Shown here piece after piece: positions 1-12,401 of a stretch of 64,000 bases of DNA (the stretch's first letter is position 1; each line of letters starts with the position of its first letter). The DNA is from Octopus sinensis (Eukaryota): assembly GCF_006345805.1 (NCBI RefSeq), contig NC_043010.1, forward strand, positions 3,100,001 to 3,164,000, in the 5' to 3' direction. The notes under the pieces are model-generated. The model was not told the origin of the DNA, made no database searches, and saw only the letters and a program-made list of their open reading frames with translations. The translations under genes and the position numbers were made by a program.

Positions 1-1485
1 TGCTGCTTATGTGATTACTGATAACTTCATTATTGAATACGTGAGTTCCCCTTATCAACGAATGTAATCTTTGGTTGTATCCAGCCTTAGTTAACGCCTC
101 ATTATAATGCTCAGAATGGGAGTTAAATATATCCTTATTGGATGATAATTTTGAAATTCTTAATGAAATATTTCTTACTAAAGATTCTATTATATTTGGG
201 GGATGATTTGATAATTTATTTACGTAATTCGTGATTTCGCCTTCCTTTCTAAATGGGTAATGTAGCTTGGAGTTAAGGTCTAGCGTAATATCTAGGAAGT
301 TAACTATTTTAGTGCCCGGTTCATACGTTATACCGAGGTTGAAATCCTTAAAGAACTTATTAATTTTCTTTCTAATCCTTTCTATAACAGATTTATTATT
401 ACTAGGGATAACAAACAGAGCATCATCCCTATATAGACCCCCCTGTATTTCTGGTATATCCTTGCTTATGCATTTTAATAGATATGCGCCCACTAGGTTG
501 GTTACCTCAGCCGAATCACTGGAACCCATTGGTATATCAAAAAAATTAGGTGTATCTGCTCTAGTCCATAATTTATCTTCAAATTCTATAAATGTCTTCC
601 TAGCTAGTAGCACAATATTGATTTCTTCTCTAGATATGAGGGAGCGATTCATGGCAAATATTAGTGATTTGTTGAGTAAGATAGGGGAAATACTTGAGTA
701 ATAACTATTAATATCGAACTGAATAAAGGACAGACTACTAGTATTAGTTAGAGAGTTAAACCATTTTAGAACTTCATCCGTACTTAGCCATAGGTTTAAG
801 GGGAGAAGAGGGGTTATTTGGGGTAGAACACTATCCAGGATAGATTTACTAAGTCGGCCAATGTCCGACTTAGTTGGACAGATCAGCCTTACCGAAGGGT
901 TTTCCAAGAAGTTCTTTTTGTGGTCTTTAAGGTTGATCCTGGGCTCACACGGTTTAAGTGGCTCCGTTCTATCCGTTAAATTTAGTTTCTCCATGATCTC
1001 TTTCATTTCCATGTTTACTTTTTTCAAGTTGTTCTTAGTCGTAATTTTATATTTGGAGTTTAGTTCCTTCCTAATTAATTTGCTATAAATATCGTAATCA
1101 ACTCTATACATATTACCCGTTTTATCTGCTGGTACTAGGATTCCATGTTTGCACCGGGTTGACTGGATAATGTTCCTAAGGTGTCTAAGGTGAGGGTTAT
1201 ATCTTAACGGGTGTTCCTTGAAGCTAATATCATCAGCAAGTCTTTCTCAAAATTCTCCAGGAATGGGTTCTGAGGTGGGCTTTTTCTACTTTTAAAAATT
1301 CTTCTAAAATTCTTTTCGGTGTTCTTTTCCTGTGGTTTCTTCTTCTGTTTGACATCAAAATGGTACGTTTTCCACCTGATTCTTCTAATGAAATCGTTAA
1401 TCCTATGAATGAGAAGCCAATTATATTCATCTATACTATGTAAGGGGATGTCTTTAGGGGAGAACTCAATGTTTACCTTTTCCAT
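1..1485 (-). pseudogene. PLE reverse transcriptase (Naiad/Chlamys-like), one frameshift near 1225, 3' part (presumed GIY-YIG endonuclease) outside the window
   Basis: Manual translation: MEKVNIEFSPKDIP...FIRRIRWK (1485-1230). A second frame is open from ~1225 to base 1: VPADKTGNMY...LKDHKKNF..NPSVRLICPTKSDIGRLSK...FIQFDINSYYSSI...FDIPMGSSDSAEVTNLVG...GLYRDDAL...VNFLDITLDL...YVNKLSNHPPNII. YRDD, LKDHK and SNHPP are typical of Naiad-type PLE RTs. Confidence 0.9.
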
Positions 1486-1689
1486 TCTTGTTGAGAAATT
1501 AAGTACCAGAAAAACATACAGACTGTATGGGAATATATTCAAAAAGCAATAAAGATTCAAGTTAATTTAAATGAATTTACTTGAATATGGTACCTAACTT
1601 AGATGCACCAAAAGAAAACTATACTGTTTTAACAATACAGTAATGTGGGGTGATTATAAGCGAGAAAGAAGCAACAAGAATGGATAGGT

Positions 1690-1780
1690 TTTTAGTACAA
1701 TCGTTTCATACAAGGACAGGCTTTATTAAAAGTTGTAAAAATTACAGCATATAAACGTGTCCCGTACTCATCAGCTAAAA
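1690..1780 (-). ncRNA. Minimal type-I hammerhead ribozyme in PLE pLTR (sense to the RT)
   Basis: Exact reverse complement of 3365-3455. Confidence 0.85.
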
Positions 1781-3364
1781 TACATGTGAGTTCTCTAGAC
1801 ATCCTAGTGGTTGAGGCTATACTCATGAAGTAATGTAGATAATTAAGTAACATAAACAGATTTCCAAAGTTCATTAAAGTTCTTTAAAGATGATGTACAG
1901 TCTTATCACAGAATTTTAAAAAAGTTCTAATAGCATCACAGAGAAGGTGACCTATTCCATAGAGCACATATGAATTCCAGAGATATGATGAGGGATTACA
2001 TACTCACAGAAGACAAATTTATCCATTGTTAATCACAACGAGGTAGGTCTCAATTCCTGCTTATTAGCATTACAGAGAGGGTGAATTAATCCTTTGTATA
2101 GATGCACAATTTCCAATGGTTTAGATGTAAGTTTCCAGAGAAATGAAGAGGAATCTCATATTCACAGGCGATAAATTTATCAATGGTTGAACACAATGAG
2201 GTAGGTATCAAAACTTGTTATATGATTAGGTATTTGCTACATTAATCACATTACTGCTATTTACAAGAGGCTGTAGCTAAATTGAAGACTTTAAAATATT
2301 TTAAATGATTAGAATATCCGTAACTAGATAGATAGATATAACTTGATTTCTACTAGTATAGCACTGCTTTAAGTAGATAACTAATGAGTTCTCACACTAC
2401 AGTTATCTTTTTCCTTATATCTGCATCAGTTTTTTGAGAACAGGGAAATGAATAGTACTTATACGCTGCTTAATTGAGGCTTTATTAATTTCAAACTCAT
2501 AATTTTTAAATTCTTAATTTTAAATCTTAATTGTAATTTTTAATTTTAATTCCTAACTTAATCTAATTTAAGTAGCATAGCTCTAATAAAATAAAATGAG
2601 ATACTATAGCCCCATAATTCTATTTCAAAATTAAATAAATAGGCTACCCCCTCGGTGATAATATGATTATCTTCATTATGATAGACAATCCCCTAACACC
2701 TTGTAAATGATCTTCTAAGATTTGACCTGTAGTCCGTCAATGTATGAATAATAACGGCAACTCCTTAAGACAATAAAATGAATAAATTAAATAAGTAAGT
2801 TTTATTGACTTTTTGATAAGATTATACTTAGATTTTCCTAATGTATTTTCTTTTGATTTTAGCATCTGACCCCTAAACCCCTGACTGTGTTATCTCTTTA
2901 GATTCTCTTTAAATTCATAGCTGATTTCAACAGCAATAAATTAGCTGTTTTATTGGCCAAAGAATAATATTCTCCTCTAGTTCCTAGATGCCTGTAAATT
3001 AAAACCAGACTTGCCGTCTACTAATATATATAAATTGTGCATCTATACAAAGGATTAATTCACCCTCTCTGTAATGCTAATAAGCAGGAATTGAGACCTA
3101 CCTCGTTGTGATTAACAATGGATAAATTTGTCTTCTGTGAGTATGTAATCCCTCATCATATCTCTGGAATTTCATATGTGCTCTATGGAATAGGTCACCT
3201 TCTCTGTGATGCTATTAGAACTTTTTTAAAATTCTGTGATAAGACTGTACATCATCTTTAAAGAACTTTAATGAACTTTGGAAATCTGTTTATGTTACTT
3301 AATTATCTACATTACTTCATGAGTATAGCCTCAACCACTAGGATGTCTAGAGAACTCACATGTA

Positions 3365-3455
3365 TTTTAGCTGATGAGTACGGGACACGTTTATATGCTG
3401 TAATTTTTACAACTTTTAATAAAGCCTGTCCTTGTATGAAACGATTGTACTAAAA
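3365..3455 (+). ncRNA. Minimal type-I hammerhead ribozyme in the inverted pLTR
   Basis: Stem I TTTTAG/CTAAAA; core CTGATGA (3371); stem II GTACGGGAC...GTCCTTGTAT with a long loop; GAAA (3438); near-palindromic stem III ACGATTGT; GTA cleavage triplet ending at 3449. Confidence 0.85.
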
Positions 3456-3484
3456 ACCTATCCATTCTTGTTGCTTCTTTCTCG

Positions 3485-3534
<50 letters not shown>

Positions 3535-3999
3535 CACACACATATATGTATGTATGTATCGATATCCTTTAAGTTTGTTTACGGGAAACATTTTGAATCT
3601 GCATATAAAAGCTTACATTTATAATGCTGGCCACACCCTTATAAGGCCAGCTGGCATTACCAGTTTTTGGGGGTCGCACCAAACTGTGTTGATATAATAT
3701 AGGATAAATATAGTAATGATAATAATAATAATTCATGGATTGAATTTATAGATATTTTAATGCCTCATGCACGATCTTAAGGGACATGTGATTTGTGAAA
3801 TTTATTATTATAATTACAAGCAGAAGGATCTGGTTTCACTCAGGGGTAACTATTTCATAAAAGGACCCATTCATACCTCAGTCATCATCATCATCATCAT
3901 TATCATCATGAAATATTTTTTTTGCAAGAGTTTTTTCAAGTGCATTCAATGTATCTGACCTCCAAACCCACCACAAGCCACATTTTTCTGAAAAAGTAA

Positions 4000-4086
4000 G
4001 GGGTGGAGGGGTGGAGGGGTGGATGTGGTGGAAGGGGTGGAGGGGGTGGAAGGGGTGGATGGGTGGAGGGGTGGAGGGGTGGTGTG
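4000..4086 (+). repeat. G-rich (GGGGTGGA)n minisatellite, G-quadruplex-capable
   Basis: About 10 imperfect GGGGTGGA units. Confidence 0.8.
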
Positions 4087-4847
4087 GCCCTTGGAGTTTC
4101 CCACCATGGAGTTTTGTTTCACTGATATTTATTTTTCTTTTCCATGTTATTTCACATAGTTTCAACGAATGTGACATCAAAATCACACAAAAACAGCTCC
4201 TTTCTCAAAGATTTGGCTGCTATTTCTAGTACGTCCTACTACCACATAACAGCTATTTGTGATAAAGGACCCACCAGTATTTTGTTGGGAAATAATTTTT
4301 AGACACCTCCCTCCTTTCTTTTTCGGAAAAAAAGTGGCTTGCACCAGGTTTGGAAGTCAGATACATTGAATGCACTCATAAAAAAAAGAAAAAACACTGG
4401 GGAAAAATATTATTTCACACCGAAGTATGAATGAGTCCTTTACGAAATATCTACCCAATTTATTTACTGATACACAAATACACCAGTACAGAGCATTGTA
4501 AACAATGAAAGTAGCTGTAATAAGTTTTTTTGGTACCAGGCATTGTTACAATGGTAAACATTAGACAGAATGGTTGACAGAATGGAAAGAGAATAATTGA
4601 AATGTGATGTCATCGTCATCGTCATCATCGTCATCATCATCATCATCATGGTATAAAATGCCCATTACTATAGTTGACTATAGAAAGATTATTTTTGAGA
4701 AAATGTTATATTATTTCAATCCAAATGAAAATAAAAATTACATGTTAACACTCGTGGGGTGTGATAATATAACCTTATAAAATTTGATTTGATTTAGTGG
4801 AGCCGTTTGAGAATACATAGGGAACAGCCAAAAATTTCATATATTGA

Positions 4848-5065
4848 GGCAGCTAGGTGGCAGAATTGTTAGCACGCTGGATAAAATGATTAGCAGCATT
4901 TCGTCTGCCTTTAGTTTCTGAGTTCAAATTCCGCAGAGGTCAACTTTGCCTTTCATCCTTTTGGGGTTGATAAAATAAGTACCAGTTGAGTAGTGGGGGT
5001 CGATGCAATCGACTATTCCCCTTCCTCAAAATTTCAGGCCTTGTGCATATAGTAGAAAAGATTAT
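4848..5065 (+). mobile_element. tRNA-derived SINE family B (Nin/Deu-domain-like)
   Basis: GGCAG..TGGCAGAA box A, GAGTTCAAATTCC box B, then CTTTGCCTTTCATCCTTT.GGGGT.GATAAAATAAGTACCAG; repeated many times in the window. Confidence 0.8.
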
Positions 5066-5934
5066 TATTACTATTTATTATTACTATATATATATATATA
5101 TATGTATGTATATATATGTATATGAGTGAGTAAGTGCACTAATGGAAGAAAAAGGCACTCAACAGATTTAGAAGGAGTTACATGTATACTCCATGCAACT
5201 TAAGTTTCATGGGCTTCTAACAGAAACTTGTCTCTTTCAGGCTTAGATTACTGAATGGAGAAACACAGGAAGCTCAAAATAGCTACTAGAAAGTAGGCTG
5301 TTATAATAAAACTAGGTTCAGCTGTAGAAATCTTGCCAGATCAGATTGAAGCCTTGTTCAGCCTCTGGCTCACCAGTCCTCAGTCAAACCGTCAAACCCA
5401 TGCCAGCATGAAAAACGGACGTTAAACGATGATGATGATGATGCCTCACACACGCTCGCACAAATGCCCACAACACCATCCACAACTTCTCTGGATCCTC
5501 ATCACTCATCGCCATGATCATTTTCTCTTTCATGCTCCTTTCCACTCACACCTCCTCGTCCACATTCACTCTTTTAATGCCGGCTTGGACTGGACATCCT
5601 CCTGCCCCACCACTCAACTCAATCATCATGCTTACTACTTAATAAGAGAGATGGATTTTCTCAACAGCAGCCATTCAACTGTGACTAGATTATGGCTAAA
5701 ATTACTGTGGCTACTAATATGACAACAACAGCATAAAATAATGCTACAGCTAGCAGAAATAGAATGGACAAGCAGTAACAGTGCTAGGTTACCAGCAAGT
5801 AGATGGTGAGCTCAAATCCAGTCAGCTAGTGTTTATTTTTGCATTTCAACAGTGTACTTAATCTTGATATCTTTAATTGATTTGCAAGCTTTTTGATGTA
5901 AATTCAAGTGTAGAAACAGCTTTTGTTGTATCTC

Positions 5935-6185
5935 AAGAAGCTTGTTATGCCAATAGTAAACACACTTAGCTTCTATTTCACTTCTTAATTATTTGTTAAT
6001 TGGTTAACTATTTAAACCAATGAACTTATTAATTGTTTGATTAAGCATTAGGTTTATCAAACATTCAGTTATTAATTACTCAAATGGTTAAACAAACTAT
6101 TAGTTATTTTCATAAGTTGAATAATAAAGAAGTGAAATAGAACCAGTGCATGTTTATCATTAGCATAATGACCCTCCTGTGATGC
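5935..6185. mobile_element. Degenerate palindromic MITE-like element
   Basis: Imperfect inverted arms, e.g. TTCTATTTCACTTCTT (5971) / AAGAAGTGAAATAGAA (6127). Confidence 0.55.
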
Positions 6186-6929
6186 AAATTAATTCTTAAT
6201 CTTAGTTGGTATTTGTTGGGAGTGATACATATATATCTCTTGTATAAAAAAAAAAAGATCTCTCTCTTTGGATTAGGCAGCTGTTTATTTTATTATATGA
6301 AACATTCCCTGAAAATTTGGTTACTCATTTGCATATTCAGATTAAATGAATTAAGTATGGTGCCTTTATATCATATCAAAATCAAAACAAAATAAAACAT
6401 CATAGCTATCTCTAATGTCATTGAGAAATTGTGGGCAATATTATTGCTTGCCAGAGAAGTTGGCAGTTCATAAAATGCCAGAGGCAATGCATTGTATCTG
6501 TGAGAGAGACAGCTCCACTTGTTGACTGTAGTTCGGCTAACGACTGTCATTGCTTCGTGCATTTTCTATACTGGGATATGTTAGCAAAGACAGAAAATGG
6601 GAATTTTCATCTTTTGCTAAGGCATGATCTTTAAAAAAAATAAGTGGATAAATAAAATATCTGCCAAGACTTGTGCTAGATGGTTATTTAGCATTTGCCT
6701 AAAGCAATCGGCAGATGAAAGACCTATAAGTGAAGGAAGTATATTTTAATGGGCGAGAGGTGAACATTTGATAAAACTTCAAAATCTATATTTGCGTGTG
6801 TGTGTATGCAAATATGTAAATACGCATATATAAATATATATCTTTGTATATATCTATAGCTATCTATCTCTCTCTATATAAATATATATGTATGTATGTG
6901 TATATATATACACATTTAAATGCATAGAT

Positions 6930-7636
6930 ATCCGAAGACCCGGCGACGTAGACAGTCCACCTGTGCATACCTTCCTTCTTGTGACACTTGTGAAGACCTG
7001 TTGAGGCAAGTGACACTTGTGAAGACCTGTTGAGGCAAGTGAAAATCAAATCAAATCAAAACAAATCAAAATAGATGAACATAATGGAATTTGTATCTTT
7101 GTGGTACCAGTGCCGGTGGCACACAAGAAAATCATCCGAACGTGGCCGTAGCCAGTACCGCATAGACTGGCCTCCGTGCTTTGGGGACGTAACAAACACA
7201 TCCGATCGTGGCCGTCCGCCAGCCTCATCTGGCACCTGTGTCGGTGGCACACATAAAAACACCATCCGAGCGTGGCGTCTGCCAGCCTCGTCTGGCACCT
7301 GCCAGCCTCATCTGGCACCTGTGTCGGTGGCACATAAAAAAACCCATCGAGCGTGGCCGTCTGCAGCCTCGTCTGCACCTGTGTCGGTGGCACATAAAAA
7401 CACCATCCGAGCGTGGCGTTCGCCAGCCTCGTCTGCTGGCACCTGTGTCGTGGCACATAAAATCACCCACTACACTCTCGGAGTGGTTGGCGTTAGGAAG
7501 GGCATCCAGCTGTAGAAACACTGCCAGATCTGACTGCCTGGTGCAGCCTTCGGGCTCCCCAGACCCCATGTTGAACCGTCCAACCCATGCTAGCATGGAA
7601 AAGACGCTAAATGATGATGATGATGATGATGATGAT
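6930..7636 (+). mobile_element. RTE LINE 3'UTR fragment / RTE-tailed non-autonomous element (family C) with (GAT)n tail
   Basis: Matches the 3' end of the RTE at 49630-50156: repeated GTGGCAC.TAAAA..CACC units, GGCGTTAGGAAGGGCATCCAGCTGTAGAAAC, CCAACCCATGCTAGCATGGAAA, (GAT)n. Confidence 0.85.
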
Positions 7637-7853
7637 AATACGTTTATATATATGTAAATGCATATATATATAAAAATATACATGCATATGTATGTGAATA
7701 TATATATATATAATATATATATATATGTATGTATATATATATGTATGTATGTATATGTATACACACATGCAAGCACACTCACACATGCACACACATACAC
7801 TACAAACACATATGTGTATGTGCATATCTGTGTGTGTGTGATATGTATATATA

Positions 7854-7886
<33 letters not shown>

Positions 7887-8659
7887 ATATAAATAACACT
7901 GAAGCAAAATAACACCAATATATAGTGCATGAGTTTTTATTGGCTAAACTGGCAAAATGAACAATATCTGTTTCAACACACGACTTCACATAAGAAAACA
8001 AATATATAAACATGTATATATATATATACATACATGTATACATAATATATATATATATGTATATATGTCATCATCATCATCATCATCACCATTCTCATTT
8101 CAAGTTTGCTTTTCATGCTAGCATAGGTTGGATAGTTCAACGAGATCCAACTGGCTATGTACCACCTTGAGCTCCAGCATTTGTTTGCTTTGGTACCAAT
8201 GACTGGTTGGCCTTCATGATGTCAGAATGTGATGGGTGTATTTTGCATGTCACCAGCATTATAGAGGTTGTCTTGTTCTCGGTAAACCTAAAGAGTCTTA
8301 TTGACCTGCATTGTTGTCTCTGCTCAGTTTGTCAATCACTTAGCAGAGTATACTAGGTGTCTTTTCCATGGTACTGGCACAACTGTGACTAGTTTCTAAC
8401 TTAGCAAGACTGCTATGACTTTGTAAGTGTGTGTGTGTGTGTGTTTTACTGTTGCCTTGCTTTGGCATTGTGTCACCATCATGCAAATGGTATCCTTGAT
8501 TTCCAATCGTCCATGGAAACATAACTGGTAATGTAGAAATAGTAGCTTAGTTGGAAACAGGTGAGGGTTGGTGACAGGAAGGGCATCCAGCTGTAGAAAA
8601 TCTGCCCCAACAAATTCTGTCTCACTCATACAAGCATGGAGAAGACGGCATTAAAAAGA

Positions 8660-8671
8660 TGATGAGGATGA

Positions 8672-8742
<71 letters not shown>

Positions 8743-8767
8743 GTGATGATGATGGTGGTGATGATGA

Positions 8768-8801
<34 letters not shown>

Positions 8802-8958
8802 GATGATGATGATGATGGTGGTTGTGGTGGTGATGATGATGATGATGGTGGTGGTGCTGGTGATGATGATGATGATGACATGGTGATGATGATGATGAGG
8901 ATGATGATGATGATGACATGGTGATGATGAGATGATGATGATGATGATGGTGGTGTGG

Positions 8959-8996
<38 letters not shown>

Positions 8997-9057
8997 GTGA
9001 TGATGATGGTGGTGGTGATGATGATGATGATGATGATGATGATGGTGGTTGTGGTGG

Positions 9058-9088
<31 letters not shown>

Positions 9089-9135
9089 GGTGATGATGGT
9101 GGTGGTGGTGGTGATGATGATGATGACGATGGTGA

Positions 9136-9229
<94 letters not shown>

Positions 9230-9330
9230 GATGATGATGATGATGACGATGTGATGATGATGATGATGATGATGATGATGACGACGATGGTGATGATGAT
9301 GACGACGACGATGGTGATGATGATGATGAT
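8660..9330 (+). repeat. About 670-bp (GAT/GGT)n trinucleotide expansion grown from a family-C tail
   Basis: Directly follows a family-C 3' end (8555-8660); source of the poly-His/Met/Ser ORFs. Confidence 0.95.
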
Positions 9331-9677
9331 GAATAACTTGAGGCTGGATTTGAACTCAAGACCTACTTGTTGTCCCGTTCAGTTACTGCCTGTCTAGTGT
9401 CTTTTTTTCTTAGAATGCTAACATTGCTTTGCACTATTAGTCAATGACACATTAGTTGCTACAGTAATTTTAACCAAAACACAGTTACAGTTTAATGGTT
9501 GTTATTGAGAAACTCCTTCAGCCATGAAAATGACCAACTCTTGTAACGTCTGAACGATGTCTAAATGAATGCAGCACTAATGGCAATTAAACAAATTTTT
9601 CTTGTTGGATATTTTCATAATTCTAACATCATGGAGAATTCACTTTGGATGGAAATTCCAATTTCCAACACTTCCTA

Positions 9678-10100
9678 TCATCATCATCATCGTGTAACAT
9701 CCGCTTTCCATGCTAGCATGGGTTGGACGCTTCTACTGGGGTCTGTGAAGCCAGAAGGCTTCATCAGGCCCAGTCAAATCTGGCAGTGTTTCTACGGCTG
9801 GATGCCCTTCCTAACGCCAACCACTCCAAGAGTGTAGCGGGTGCTTTTTACGTGCCACCCGCACAGGTGCCAGACGGAGCTGGCAAATGGCCACGAACGG
9901 ATGGTGCTTTTACGTGTCACCAGCACGGGGGCCAGGCGAGGCTGGCAATGGACACGAACGGATGGTGCTTTTTATGTGCCACCGGCACGAGGCCAGTCGG
10001 GGCGGCGCTGGCAACGGTCGCGAAACGGAAGGTTCTCTTACATGCCACCGGCACTGGTAACACATCTGCAATTTCCATTGAACGATTTCGATTGCAATTT
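9678..10100 (-). mobile_element. RTE 3'UTR fragment (family C)
   Basis: Reverse complement of the same motifs, beginning with (CAT)n. Confidence 0.85.
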
Positions 10101-10833
10101 CCATATTTAACATTTACTTTTCCATGCTTGCATGGGTCAGGCAAATTTCGTTGAGGCAGATTTTCTACAATTCGATGTCGTTCCTGTCTGTAATCAGCAT
10201 TTGTCTGTTTCTGGGCAAGGCAATATTTCTCTAAGATCAGATATGTATTTTTTTCTTTTCACAGATGACCGGAAATAAACAACAGTGCTTGTATGATGAT
10301 GATGATGATGATGATGATGGTCATCAACAACTGTCACATGATAACAAAACAAGAGTGTACACAAACACACATACATATATTCATATATATGTGTGTATAT
10401 AGAAATCTCTGTCGACCTTTTTCAAGTAGCATGCTTATTGTGTTAAATTATATGGTAAATGGACAATGTGTCTTATTTCAGCATATTTGGCATTAGAAAT
10501 TTTTTCGTTTGCCCTTATTTATAAGTATATATATATATGTATATATGATAGGCCTTGGCTATAGTGGAAGCCATCTGCCCAAGGTACCATGCAGTAGGAA
10601 TGAACTGAAGACCACATGGTTAGGAATCATGCTTCGTGACTACACAACCACAAAAAAGCCAAAGGGCTACCTTTGACTTTTTCTACCCAAAGAATTTTTT
10701 AACTCAATATTTACCTGTTATTATTTATAGGTTTACCTGCTTAAAGTATCATAACCATTCTGAAACAGAATTATTTCGCATTCTTTGAAACTTCTAAATT
10801 CTTACATTAATATAAATTTATGTACGTGTGTGT

Positions 10834-10876
<43 letters not shown>

Positions 10877-10966
10877 TCTGTGTTTGTGTGTCTGTGCATG
10901 TAAGGATGTGTGTATACATTCACACACAGCTCTATCTCTGTATACATATGAATATATATATATATA

Positions 10967-11002
<36 letters not shown>

Positions 11003-11024
11003 TATGTGTGTATGTATATATATG

Positions 11025-11062
<38 letters not shown>

Positions 11063-11080
11063 ATATATATATATATATAT

Positions 11081-11490
11081 AACACTACAATCGTTTCATG
11101 GCTGTTCAATTCTTAAAATTTTCGAGTTACAGTCATTCTTCAGGTGGTTTAAATATTAACTTGGCGAGGTTTAATCATTGATTAAACCTCACTAATTTAA
11201 ATATTTAAACCACCTGAAGAATGACTGTAACTCGAAAATTTAAGAATTGAACAGCCATGAAACGATCGTAGTGTTATATTAATTATCTTTTTTAATAATT
11301 TTGATATATATTTAAAATAATATAAATTAATTAATCTTATGTATTGGCTTAAGTTTTTCATTGTATGATTTGCCTAATAGTGGTTTTATCTCTAATTTAA
11401 TATAATATAATATTTTACTATAAAATTGGATTCAATCCTAAATCTGATTTTTCCCTGTAAGTTTGGATTTATTCCCTAATATTTTATTAT
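11081..11490 (+). mobile_element. Fold-back PLE pLTR remnant in (TA)n with hammerheads on both strands
   Basis: Inverted arms 11081-11157 / 11201-11275; flanked by (TA)n; 3' part homologous to 38555-38670. Confidence 0.8.
11208..11275 (+). ncRNA. Minimal type-I hammerhead ribozyme (inverted copy at 11081-11148, - strand)
   Basis: CAC-CTGAAGA-ATGACTGT...ACAGCCAT-GAAA-CGATCG-TA-GTG; palindromic ACGATCGT stem III. Confidence 0.75.
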
Positions 11491-11519
11491 ATATATATAT
11501 ATATACATAAATATGTATA

Positions 11520-12401
11520 CAAGGTCTAATCAATAAGTATCTGGACTTGCCATAGTAGCGAAGGTAAAGCACACAGAGTGAAGCTGCTTGGTATATATTG
11601 ACTTTGAACTCTGCTGTGCATGGACACTAAGTTTTACCGTTCTAGCTCACTTCTGCTGATTATAGTAATGCTTGGAAGGAAGGTGCATTGCATGTGATTG
11701 TCACATTAACCATGACAGTGAAAACTGTCATGGTGATATCTGCTCACAGACCTATGAAATGTTGCAGAAAGTGTATGGAGGGGAGTGTGTGAGCCACACA
11801 CAGGTGTATGAGTCATTCGGATTTTTCTGGCCATTAAAAATATCAATATTGATGAACATTCTGGGAGACCTGAAACCATCAGAACTGAGAGAAACATTGC
11901 AGATGTGCATAAAGCTGTAAGGGGGTTTCATCAAATTACTATCAATGAGTTATCAGAGGATATGCAGATTAGTTGCAGTTCAGTCCCTTATCACTGAGGA
12001 TTTGGGTACGAGATGCATGTCTGCCAAGTTTGTGTCAAAACTACTTTCAGCTGACCAAAAAGATACTCAGGGTGTCAACTGCACAAGATCTTGATTGTGT
12101 TGAGAATGATAAAAACTTTTTGAAAACTTTGCACAGGCCTCTAATCCGGTATCCCCAAACTTTTGGCAAAATTAGATGCAGATTCTCTGCTGAACTTTCT
12201 CTGTCACATTCAATACGGTGATCACATGCTACACACCTTTCTTCTATGCACTGCTGTAAAAAGCAGAAATGAGCTAGAACGTTAAAACTTGGTGTGCATG
12301 TACAGCAGAGTTCAAAGTCAATCTGTACCAAGCAGCTTTACTCTCCATGCTTTAGATTCATTACTATAGCAACAGTTTTGATACTTATTGATCAGACCAC
12401 A
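11520..12401 (+). mobile_element. Internally deleted mariner element with ~180-bp TIRs
   Basis: TIR ends GGTCTAATCAATAAGTATC / GATACTTATTGATCAGACC in TA context; transposase HTH remnants TYEMLQKVYGGECVSHTQVYE and AKFVSKLLSADQK. Confidence 0.85.

Larger units (their letters stand above)
1..3487 (-). mobile_element. Penelope-like retroelement (Naiad-type) with inverted partial pseudo-LTR at its 5' end; runs off the left edge
   Basis: RT ORF on - strand (1485->1). Near-perfect inverted repeat 1658-2112 / 3032-3487, each arm with a minimal hammerhead. The right arm ends directly in (TA)n at 3488. An inverted pLTR plus HHR is the established PLE architecture. Confidence 0.9.

Noticed and set aside
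267-1088. + strand ORFs 267-701 and 861-1088
   Set aside because: Antisense shadows of the PLE RT frame on the - strand.
1692-3453. Identical 60-aa ORFs at 1692-1874 (-) and 3271-3453 (+)
   Set aside because: A by-product of the inverted pLTR; they overlap the hammerhead and show no protein motif.
7100-7470. Repeat-spacer-like array resembling CRISPR
   Set aside because: The spacers are homologous to each other, the context is a eukaryotic RTE 3'UTR, and there are no cas genes.
8622-9359. Poly-His/Ser/Met ORFs
   Set aside because: Translations of a (GAT/GGT)n microsatellite.
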